This document shows, piece by piece, positions 1 to 7,597 of a stretch of DNA of 12,359 nt (positions are counted from its first letter, which is position 1; the number at the start of each line of letters is the position of its first letter). Under the pieces are notes generated by a model. That model was not told where the DNA came from, searched no databases, and was given only the letters and a program-made list of their open reading frames with translations. The position numbers were made by a program, and so were the translations under genes. The DNA is from Candidatus Hodarchaeota archaeon (lineage in GTDB: Archaea > Asgardarchaeota > Heimdallarchaeia > Hodarchaeales > Hodarchaeaceae), in NCBI GenBank assembly GCA_029856365.1, contig JAHQWW010000114.1:1-12359 (forward strand), read 5' to 3'.

Positions 1-2
1 AA

Positions 3-389
3 AACGATGTTCGTTATTACAAATTAAAACTTCTCCGAATTACTCCAGGTTTACAAGAGCAATGGATTATAATTCGTGCAAAAACTCACCAATCAGCCAT
101 TATGTCCACTGTTGTTCAGGTCATGAATCGTGAATTAGTATTAACCAATTGTACCAAAGAAGAGGTTTTCAAAGTCAAACAATCAGCGTTACTTTTAGCC
201 CGAAAGTTCATCGCCACCAAAAAAGCCCGACATATCAAAAAACCCGAGGTGTGGGCTCATGCTATCTGTTCAAAAGCTCTTTTAGAGACTCTTCCTTGTT
301 ATCCAAGTGTAGCATTTCCTCATTTATCGCATAAAACTCAAAAAGTAATAGAAAACAAACGATGGCAACTCGACCAACTTATTAGCTAA
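3..389 (+). CDS. 5'-truncated hypothetical protein, possibly the C-terminal cyclin-fold repeat of a divergent TFB/TFIIB-like protein
   Basis: The frame of ORF 102..389 is open back to position 3 (NDVRYYKLKLLRITPGLQEQWIIIRAKTHQSAIM...), so the gene starts outside the window. The sequence is basic and helical. SALLLARKF...RHIKKPEVWAHAICSKAL loosely resembles the TFB A..I...GKxP..xAAAxxY helix pair. The CDS is likely real, but the family call is weak. Confidence 0.55.
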   Translation, partial: NDVRYYKLKLLRITPGLQEQWIIIRAKTHQSAIMSTVVQVMNRELVLTNCTKEEVFKVKQSALLLARKFIATKKARHIKKPEVWAHAICSKALLETLPCYPSVAFPHLSHKTQKVIENKRWQLDQLIS

Positions 390-595
390 TCACTTCTTAG
401 GTCTTAGCATTTGAATCTTTAGGAGAATTCTACAGTCATAAATATGGGTTGGAAGAAAGAGAGCCGCTAGAACCCATTCTATTGGTTTGTTAAATCGTCG
501 CTGTAATAACCACTAGTAAATTGTAGAGTATTGATCCTTGAAAAAATACCATTATAGTAAACATTAAGTAGCTTAAAAGAGATAGAGAAGTCAGA

Positions 596-1360
596 ATGCG
601 ATTTTTTTTCAACAAGCTCACTATCTTGGCCTTACTATTCATATTACTTTTTTCTAATTTATCGGTGTCTCTAGGTGTGGCAGACTTGCCAGAGTATTTA
701 GAAAAAGGAAGTTATGCTCAATATAAGCAACGATTTTCAACGGGGGATGTTTTTGAGCTTCTCTGGAATATCACTCATATCAACACAAGTGCTGTTAGAA
801 TCACTATTCGCTCTCATGGGATTCATCGAAATCAAACTACTGAAGAGCTATCAGTGGTTTCTGGCGGGGGGGTGATGTTAATCAATAGAAACACCTGGGT
901 AATCATTCAGTTCATCAGTAATAATATTACGATTAATTTTGGTTATCCTATTGGGGAAAAAGTCCCCTTTTGGATTCCAGTACATATTACGCAAACTACA
1001 CCTATAGAAACGATGTACGACCTTAATGTAACTCCTTCTAGTGACTCTTTGAACCTCAGCTGTCTTCCAAGTATCCGAGAATGTTGGGTTACGAATAACC
1101 ACTATTCAGATAGATCAAGCATGGTAAGGTGGTATGACAAAGCGACTGGTATTATTTTAAAAATTCAAACGAATATTACTCTCGGATCATCAAATATTTC
1201 TTGTCTAGAGACCTTAAATGCTACTAATATCCAAAAATTAAAGATAGATTCTGTATCTGATTCCTCTCCTGGTTTCTTAGGATTTGAAATTCTTCTTTTT
1301 CTATTATTCCCCTTTTTTTTCAACATATCAAATGGAAGTGGGGAGAAGAAAAGAGACTAG
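596..1360 (+). CDS. Secreted/cell-surface hypothetical protein with a PGF-type C-terminal membrane anchor
   Basis: N-terminal signal peptide (MRFFFNKLTILALLFILLFSNLSVSLG). Motifs GSYAQY, WYDKATGIILK and LNATNI are typical of archaeal beta-rich surface domains. About ten N-x-S/T sequons. Ser/Asp-rich linker, then PGF, a hydrophobic stretch and KKR. Confidence 0.8.
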   Translation: MRFFFNKLTILALLFILLFSNLSVSLGVADLPEYLEKGSYAQYKQRFSTGDVFELLWNITHINTSAVRITIRSHGIHRNQTTEELSVVSGGGVMLINRNTWVIIQFISNNITINFGYPIGEKVPFWIPVHITQTTPIETMYDLNVTPSSDSLNLSCLPSIRECWVTNNHYSDRSSMVRWYDKATGIILKIQTNITLGSSNISCLETLNATNIQKLKIDSVSDSSPGFLGFEILLFLLFPFFFNISNGSGEKKRD

Positions 1361-1562
1361 AGCCTTTTCTATTGTTTTGATAGAGGATCTTTCATCATAA
1401 AAGGAAATTTTAATCGTAGCTTCTGAAGAATTATCCCAGAGGGTATAGTTAATTTGTTAAAAGAAATTTAAAAGAAATTAATAATAGTTACATTATTAGA
1501 ACTTCTCACTTATTATGCGACTTTTTCTAGTCTTTCAAACAACTGAAAGTATTTTTTCACAA

Positions 1563-1757
1563 ATGAAACGTTCGAAAATTTTATATCTGATCCTTGCATT
1601 TTCTTCATTATTAGTTATCCTCTTCACCTCACCCCCTCAATATCATTTCTCTTAGAAACCAGATACTCATAGAACTGACCTTCAAATTAAGAATACCCGA
1701 TCTAAATTTATAGATCTCAGAGAAATAATCCTTATAGCTGCTCTAAATTGTCAATGA
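1563..1757 (+). pseudogene. Signal-peptide-like small ORF (30 aa, TAG at 1653-1655) with an in-frame 33-codon continuation; gene remnant or small membrane peptide
   Basis: Manual translation gives MKRSKILYLILAFSSLLVILFTSPPQYHFS*KPDTHRTDLQIKNTRSKFIDLREIILIAALNCQ*. The basic N-region and hydrophobic core match the signal peptides of neighbouring secreted proteins. Confidence 0.35.
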
Positions 1758-1813
1758 CTTGAAGATATAACAACGATGAATCAATAATAAGAAAAATTTC
1801 CAGGAAGGGCAAA

Positions 1814-2365
1814 ATGATGATAGATGATTCAGTTGTAAGACAGAAAGAGTATGAGATATTAAAAATCGATAATCTGATCATAAAACTTGATCATATAGCT
1901 TATAGAGTGAAAAGAGGAGAGAGAATGAGGTTTATTGATGAGCTATCAAATGTGGTACCTTATCAAGAGTTTAAAAACTTCAAAGTACTCAATGCAAACG
2001 CAATTACTACATGCATAAAACTTCATAGCACATTCCCTGTCATTGTTATCTCCGAAGGGATTACTGATGACTCCATTGTTGAAAAATACTGTCAAAAGTT
2101 CGGTTCCAGAATTCATCATTTGGCTTATCTAGTAAAAGACATCAGAAGAGTTGTCGAAGTACAAAAACAGAAAGGAGTACAATTCACAACAGAAAAAATC
2201 ATTGGCAGTGAAGAGGAGGGGATATTACAAATCTTTACAACCCCAACTGAAACAACCAACCACATTTTTGAGTATATTCAAAGGTTTGGTGATTTTGATG
2301 GTTTCTTCACTCCATCCAATATTTCTAAGTTGATGAAATCCACTGAAAAATTAGGTGAAGCTTAA
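1814..2365 (+). CDS. VOC superfamily protein resembling the catalytic C-terminal domain of 4-hydroxyphenylpyruvate dioxygenase (single-domain HPPD-like)
   Basis: Motifs LDHIAY (H27), IHHLAYLVKDI (H102), GVQF, GILQIFT and IFEYIQR (E153), then GDFDGFF, match the order and spacing of the HPPD DH / QHIA...DI / LLQIFT / FEIIQR / GF motifs. The 2-His-1-Glu metal triad is intact. Confidence 0.85.
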   Translation: MMIDDSVVRQKEYEILKIDNLIIKLDHIAYRVKRGERMRFIDELSNVVPYQEFKNFKVLNANAITTCIKLHSTFPVIVISEGITDDSIVEKYCQKFGSRIHHLAYLVKDIRRVVEVQKQKGVQFTTEKIIGSEEEGILQIFTTPTETTNHIFEYIQRFGDFDGFFTPSNISKLMKSTEKLGEA

Positions 2366-2380
2366 TAAATCTTGATTTCC

Positions 2381-2388
2381 TTTTTTTT
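2381..2388 (+). terminator. Putative archaeal oligo-T transcription terminator
   Basis: T8 tract within a pyrimidine-rich stretch (tttccttttttttg) about 15 nt after the stop of 1814..2365. Confidence 0.4.
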
Positions 2389-2506
2389 GATCTAAAATTA
2401 GACAAAAAAACGATTCGGGAGTGTGTTAAATATCTCGTTTGCACAAACCACAATGTTTCTAAAAGTGATATTTATTGATGATTGATCTATAGGAGCCTTT
2501 TCAAAA

Positions 2507-3085
2507 TTGAAAGTTGAACGAAAGCCCTTGCCACTAGTGTGTCCTAATCCAGTTATCTTGGTCACAACACAAGATAAAAAGAAGAATAGGGCAAATATAA
2601 TAACTTTAACTCTTGTTGGTGGTATATGCTGGAATCCACCAATCATTGGAATAGGGATTGGTGTAAATCAATATTCTAAAGGTTTAGTGGAGCATTTTAA
2701 AGAATTTGTTGTCAATATCCCTTCAGCTGAAATGATAAAAGATGTCGAGTTTTGTGGTCTTGTTTCTGGTAGAGAAATTGATAAGTTTGCAAACACAGGC
2801 TTTACACCAGTATCTTCAACCAAGGTTAAGCCACCAATGATAAAAGAATGTTTGATGAATTTGGAGTGTAAAGTAATAAAGAGTATTCCACTTGGATCAA
2901 ATATATTATTCCTTGGTGAAGTCGTATGTCTCCATGTTGATGAATCAATTCTCGATAATAAAGGTGGGATTAATCTAGAGGAAGCAAATCCTATCATGTT
3001 TAATTTAACGAACAGCTACTGGAGAATTGGTGGAAAAATTGCTGCGTATGGCTTTAGTCAGTCTAAAGAATCTCTCATAGATTAA
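2507..3085 (+). CDS. Flavin reductase-like FMN-binding protein (DIM6/NTAB, flavoredoxin family)
   Basis: Motifs PNPVILVTT, ANIITL, PPIIGIGI, EFVVNIPS, CGLVSGREIDKF, KVKPPMIKECLMNLECKV and LGSNILFLGEVV. TTG start with AGGAG at 2491-2495. Confidence 0.93.
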   Translation: MKVERKPLPLVCPNPVILVTTQDKKKNRANIITLTLVGGICWNPPIIGIGIGVNQYSKGLVEHFKEFVVNIPSAEMIKDVEFCGLVSGREIDKFANTGFTPVSSTKVKPPMIKECLMNLECKVIKSIPLGSNILFLGEVVCLHVDESILDNKGGINLEEANPIMFNLTNSYWRIGGKIAAYGFSQSKESLID

Positions 3086-3860
3086 ATAGTTCTTTAGCAT
3101 TATCTGCCAAAATTCTTTTTTTGTCAGTATAAGAGATGGGGGCGTATGTTACCTTAGTCTTTTCCCAAGCAATGTCACGGGCCCCCCATGGATAATCAGA
3201 ACCAAATAAAATCTTTTCAACTCCCATAACATCCACAGCTTCAGCCAAACGGCGGGGATGTGGAATATAGGAACATTCAAGGAAGACATTTGTGTTATGA
3301 GCTGCCATTTCAATATGAGAGAAGCGGTCGTTTAAACCATACTCCTCTTTCATGTGTAAACACACAAAGGTTCCATCCAGATATGCTTCAGCTAATGATC
3401 CAATGTCCTTAACAGATCCCTCTGGTCCCCAACCAGAGTGGATCATAATAGGAAGCTTATACTCAATTGCTTTTTCAATGAAAGGCTTCACAATAAGATC
3501 AGTGAGTTTATAACCATTAAATACTGGATGCAGCTTTAATCCACGAAAGTTATTTTCTTCAATTAATGCTTGAAAATCGTCTGGAGAATCATACTTTGGA
3601 TTAAGCCAGGCCACAGGAATGAAACGACCTTGCATTGGTTTAATTCGGGAGGCAAGTAATTCATTTTCCTGTCTCATTGCGCCTTTTTTTGGCCCACAGA
3701 GTATAACAGCGTCCGTTACATGAGCAGTATTCAAAGCTGCCAAATATTTATCGAATGGAGGGAGGTTTTTTGCGTCTGAAATGAAAAATGTAACGGGACT
3801 TAACGGAAAATGAGTATGGATATCAATTGTGGGAAGAAATTTTAATGTATTATCAACCAA
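3075..3860 (-). CDS. Amidohydrolase family protein (amidohydrolase_2-type TIM-barrel metal-dependent hydrolase)
   Basis: Motifs IDIHTH (HxH), RGLKLHP, PIMIHSG, CLHM, NVFLECS and KILFGSDYP (catalytic Asp), with C-terminal ILADNAKELF. TTG start preceded by GAGGT. Confidence 0.93.
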   Translation of the reverse strand: MVDNTLKFLPTIDIHTHFPLSPVTFFISDAKNLPPFDKYLAALNTAHVTDAVILCGPKKGAMRQENELLASRIKPMQGRFIPVAWLNPKYDSPDDFQALIEENNFRGLKLHPVFNGYKLTDLIVKPFIEKAIEYKLPIMIHSGWGPEGSVKDIGSLAEAYLDGTFVCLHMKEEYGLNDRFSHIEMAAHNTNVFLECSYIPHPRRLAEAVDVMGVEKILFGSDYPWGARDIAWEKTKVTYAPISYTDKKRILADNAKELFNL

Positions 3861-3917
3861 TTACCTCAACTCTACTTGAATATGTTTATTGATTTCTCTT
3901 CCTTTTTGAACCAGACT

Positions 3918-3970
3918 AATTTATATATTTATACAATTTGGAGAAACAAACGATTTTATAATTTATAAAG
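3918..3970. promoter_or_regulatory. Divergent promoter region with TATA-like elements
   Basis: 149-bp gap between divergent genes. It contains tttatatatttata (3920-3933) and a purine-rich BRE-like run followed by ttttataatttataaa (3954-3969). Positions 3955-3969 (tttataa-t-ttataaa) form a perfect inverted repeat. Confidence 0.5.
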
Positions 3971-4009
3971 GATACAAGTAAAAATAAAAATTGTGACTGG
4001 TTAACTGAA

Positions 4010-5110
4010 TTGTACGTAAAAGAAAATTGGGCTCTCTTTGTAGAAAAGAATGAGATTAAATGGACCTTTGGTAGCCGCGCAGAGAGCACTGAATTTCAAA
4101 CAATAGCACTAAATTTTCTTTTGGGTCTTGGAACCTTAGGTCAAGAAATATTTGGCGAAGGAATTGCGAGTATAACCTTTGACATACAGAAGCATAGTGG
4201 TATGAAAGCTTCTGAAATCTTCATTGTCTCATTGCAGGATCAATTTCTTCTGATAATTAGTGATCCAGCCACAACTCTTCTCTTAATCACGTCCCAAGGG
4301 GGAATTCCCCAAGATATCAAAGAGATAATGACTGCAGTTCTAGTGGGTCAGGCGTCGATTCTTTATGCAACCAGTATTATAGATTTAGATCCAGAAGAAA
4401 AGAATTTTGTCGAGAAAAAATTTCAAAATATCATTCTGGATATCAATGATAACTACTATGATTCAATACATACAATTGTGGGGAAATCAGGGAGTAATTT
4501 TTCAATCCTTTCATTTGAAGAGTGTTTAATGCTTCATTATTACCTTAGAAAAAAGATTGAACCAGCTGATCCTGTTGAGTCAAGCTGGTGTTTAATCTCT
4601 CAGATGTGGGGAGGAAACATTCCTTTCTCATTTAATATAGACAATGACATTATCTTGGGTGGTTATTTTGCTGCCATCATTGAATTCATCTCTACTCTCT
4701 TTGGCACTAAACCTAAATTGATTTCGTTTGGGTCAACGCGTTTAAGAAAAGTCCGTTTTGTTTATGGAGGGGAGTACTTCATGGCTATTGACACATCGTT
4801 CATGATTGATTTGCTGCTTAGGAGGCAATTTCAAAAGCAGTTTTTTGAGACAAATTATGCGATAATAAAGGATATGTCCTCTGGTATCAAGAAATTGATC
4901 ATCGAAGAAATCCTTCAATTTAATGAAGAAAAACTAACCAAATTATCAACTGAAATGCTATTATCTGCGTACATTGGTGAAGGAAGTGAAGATTTAGAGC
5001 TTTCATTTGGAACAAAAATAGAAAGAGACAAGGAAATTCTCGAACTTTTACGAGAGGAACGCATGGATCAGGTATTACGTGTATGGGGTCGTTATCTAGC
5101 TAATTTATAA
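4010..5110 (+). CDS. Hypothetical cytoplasmic protein with two putative longin-like domains
   Basis: 366-aa ORF with a TTG start. Two segments follow a beta-beta-alpha-beta-beta-beta-alpha pattern and have related central helices: ALNFLLGLGTLGQEIFGEGIASITF and ILGGYFAAIIEFISTLFGTKPKLISF. The CDS is near certain; the fold is inferred. Confidence 0.65.
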   Translation: MYVKENWALFVEKNEIKWTFGSRAESTEFQTIALNFLLGLGTLGQEIFGEGIASITFDIQKHSGMKASEIFIVSLQDQFLLIISDPATTLLLITSQGGIPQDIKEIMTAVLVGQASILYATSIIDLDPEEKNFVEKKFQNIILDINDNYYDSIHTIVGKSGSNFSILSFEECLMLHYYLRKKIEPADPVESSWCLISQMWGGNIPFSFNIDNDIILGGYFAAIIEFISTLFGTKPKLISFGSTRLRKVRFVYGGEYFMAIDTSFMIDLLLRRQFQKQFFETNYAIIKDMSSGIKKLIIEEILQFNEEKLTKLSTEMLLSAYIGEGSEDLELSFGTKIERDKEILELLREERMDQVLRVWGRYLANL

Positions 5111-5219
5111 AAGAAAAAGAAGCCTGGTTTAAAGGAGAGAGTGAATGATTTTATTGAGGATGCGGTTAATTAAAGAAGATAACAATGAATGGTAGCCTTA
5201 ACAATATGAAACTCGTCAG

Positions 5220-5846
5220 ATGATTTATCCAATGCAACTACACATTGTACGACATGGTCAAACTGAATTCAATGTTGGGGAACCGCGTTTTCGCGGCCAA
5301 CTAGACATACCTCTTTCAAAAGTTGGTACCCAACAAGCAGAAGCGATTGCAAAGGCTTTGAGAACCATTCCTCTTGATGTTATTTACTATAGTCGTTTAA
5401 AGCGAGCAAAGAAGACTGCTGAAACAATTCAAGAATTTCATCCAAAAGCACGTTGCATTGAGGAACCCCTGTTAATAACATTGAATTTTGGTGATTGGCA
5501 AGGGAAATTCCATAAAGAAGTTTTTAAAACAGATGAAGAGAGGAATAGATGGTACACAAACCCCAATGTCTTTATTATTCCCAATGGGGAAACGTTTTAT
5601 GAGGTTTTAAACAGAATTCATCGATTATTAACACGTTTACGTACCCAACCTGAAGAAAATATTGCTTTGGTCACACATAGGGTTGTCATTATCATTCTAT
5701 TACTATATCTGTTTAAATTAAATCCTGCTCATTTTTGGGAATTTCATGTTGATACTGGATCTATTACTCAAATAAATTATAATCCTGACAATACGTTTCG
5801 TTTAGTGAAACTTAATGAGACACAGCACTTAGAAAGACTAATATGA
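5220..5846 (+). CDS. Histidine phosphatase family protein (phosphoglycerate mutase/PhoE/CobC-like, branch 1)
   Basis: Motifs IVRHGQTEFN (RHG), RGQLDIPLSKVGTQQA, SRLKRAKKTA, NFGDWQG, PNGETF, ALVTH and LNETQHL. The start could also be the ATG at 5232. Confidence 0.93.
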   Translation: MIYPMQLHIVRHGQTEFNVGEPRFRGQLDIPLSKVGTQQAEAIAKALRTIPLDVIYYSRLKRAKKTAETIQEFHPKARCIEEPLLITLNFGDWQGKFHKEVFKTDEERNRWYTNPNVFIIPNGETFYEVLNRIHRLLTRLRTQPEENIALVTHRVVIIILLLYLFKLNPAHFWEFHVDTGSITQINYNPDNTFRLVKLNETQHLERLI

Positions 5847-7523
5847 TGCAGGGTTATCAAAATTTTTAGACTCATCATTTTTTCTTCGTCTTCGCCTTGA
5901 AAATATCCTTATATTTATTATAAAAAGAATACCATAAAGATCTAACCCGAATATCACCTGATTGGATGAAGTTCCTGTGAAACTGGTATTTATATTTGAA
6001 TCTGTGAATTCAACCGTAATATCATGAGTTCCTAATTCCAGATCCCCCAGATTCACTGTTAAGTTCGTAGCTCGCCAAAATTTGTCAAAAGTATGTTCCC
6101 CATAATAGATCGGCTCATCATCTAAGTATATTGTATAAGATTCAGTTACTTGCCGATTTGTACGAAAATTGTACCATGTTTGCCATGTTACAATTAGGTC
6201 ATTCTTCCTATATTTAGTATCTGGAGCTGGACTTAGAGTTGGACTGAACCGAAAGCGATCAACATGATAAATACGATAAGAAATCTCTTCTTTATTCGGA
6301 AAATTCATTTCCCAAACAATCTGACCAGTGGCATTTACCTCAACAATTCGAGCCCCTAGGTTTGTGTTTGGATGGTGATTCATTCCAAATGTGCCCAACC
6401 GATTACCGTTTGGGAGTCTATCCGCATCACAAAGAACAGCACTATAGTATTCCTGTGGAGCCGACCACGCCCATGATTCGTTGGCCATCATGGTTGTTTC
6501 ATTGATCGTGATCTCAAGCATCCGGCAACGAGATTTAGGATTACCTGTTTGATTATGAAAATTGTTATCAAACAGGATAAAAGTGTTCTCATCTACCATC
6601 TCTAGAGAATGGGGGTGATAGAAGAGAACCTCTTTCTGTCTTCCATGTAGATCAAAGAGAGTAAAATTTCCATATTCTCCTAGTCCCCAAATCACCTCAC
6701 CACTTTTGTGATCAATTTTGTAAAAAGTATTAAGATTTCGGGGATTATAATAGACCACATCTTCTTCAGTATCGTAAAAGATAGAGTTTGAGTGTGTTAT
6801 ATCGGCAGCCCCAGCTTCTAAATCTTGAAAAGGGCACCATTGACTAGGGGGTATGAATGAACGGGTATCTATATACCATACCAGCTGACCTTTTTTTGTA
6901 TATTCATTGATTGTATCGTAAATGTATTCTTGTGCACCTATCTTAATTCTATATTTTTGAAAAGCAAAAAAAGTATCATTATTAAAATTCCATTCAAAGT
7001 CATGGTGCCCAAAAAAATCAAGAATCTGAGTAGTATTATCTTTAATATCCCATATAACAGCATTGGCTTCTTTATTGCCAATATTCTTTGCACACAAGAC
7101 AGTATCTGGGGTGAGAAACTTAGCAGGATGTTGATAGCCTTTCATTTCAGCAAAAATGTCCCCTTCCGTGCTAGTTATAAGCAATGTTCTCTTTTTTTCC
7201 TTACTTGTGTCATTAATTTCAATCAATTCAAATAAATTATATCCAGCAAAAAAATCTCCTGAAGAAGTTATATTCATCTCTACTTCTTTTAAAATTGGGA
7301 TCATTGATTTGCTAGATTGATAATTAAAACTCCCCCCGACTAAATTTTTCTCTATATAAGACTCTTCTAATTTTAGTTGATGTGATTGTGAGTTAAAATA
7401 AAACTCATTCCATTTAAGTAACGTTGTGTTTGTGATAGAAGGATTATTAATGAATAATAATGAAATAATTAAGATTAAAAATACAAATATGAAAAGGCTT
7501 TGATTAGTTTCTCTGTTGTACAA
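5838..7523 (-). CDS. Arylsulfate sulfotransferase (ASST)-family beta-propeller protein, secreted and membrane-anchored (paralogue 1)
   Basis: Motifs GHHDF, DITHSNSI, NPRNLNTFYKIDHKSGEVIWGLG, FYHPHS, ILFDNN, DADRLPNGNRL and IVEVNATGQIVWE, plus RIYHVDR. N-terminal hydrophobic segment; C-terminal Ig-like module, hydrophobic stretch and RRRRRK. TTG start with upstream GGAG. Confidence 0.85.
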   Translation of the reverse strand: MYNRETNQSLFIFVFLILIISLLFINNPSITNTTLLKWNEFYFNSQSHQLKLEESYIEKNLVGGSFNYQSSKSMIPILKEVEMNITSSGDFFAGYNLFELIEINDTSKEKKRTLLITSTEGDIFAEMKGYQHPAKFLTPDTVLCAKNIGNKEANAVIWDIKDNTTQILDFFGHHDFEWNFNNDTFFAFQKYRIKIGAQEYIYDTINEYTKKGQLVWYIDTRSFIPPSQWCPFQDLEAGAADITHSNSIFYDTEEDVVYYNPRNLNTFYKIDHKSGEVIWGLGEYGNFTLFDLHGRQKEVLFYHPHSLEMVDENTFILFDNNFHNQTGNPKSRCRMLEITINETTMMANESWAWSAPQEYYSAVLCDADRLPNGNRLGTFGMNHHPNTNLGARIVEVNATGQIVWEMNFPNKEEISYRIYHVDRFRFSPTLSPAPDTKYRKNDLIVTWQTWYNFRTNRQVTESYTIYLDDEPIYYGEHTFDKFWRATNLTVNLGDLELGTHDITVEFTDSNINTSFTGTSSNQVIFGLDLYGILFIINIRIFSRRRRRKNDESKNFDNPASY

Positions 7524-7597
7524 TTCAAATCTCCAATCTATTATAATTAGTTGATTGATTACTCGTAGTATGTTTATTACTCTTTTTTCTTAATAAT

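Noticed and set aside
1457-1478. Tandem 11-bp repeat TTAAAAGAAAT x2
   Set aside because: Two low-complexity copies in AT-rich DNA, plausible by chance.
5111-5173. In-frame continuation after the longin-like gene's TAA (KKKKPGLKERVNDFIEDAVN*)
   Set aside because: Only 20 codons, and TAA is not a recoded stop. Orthologue C-termini would be needed to argue for a premature stop.
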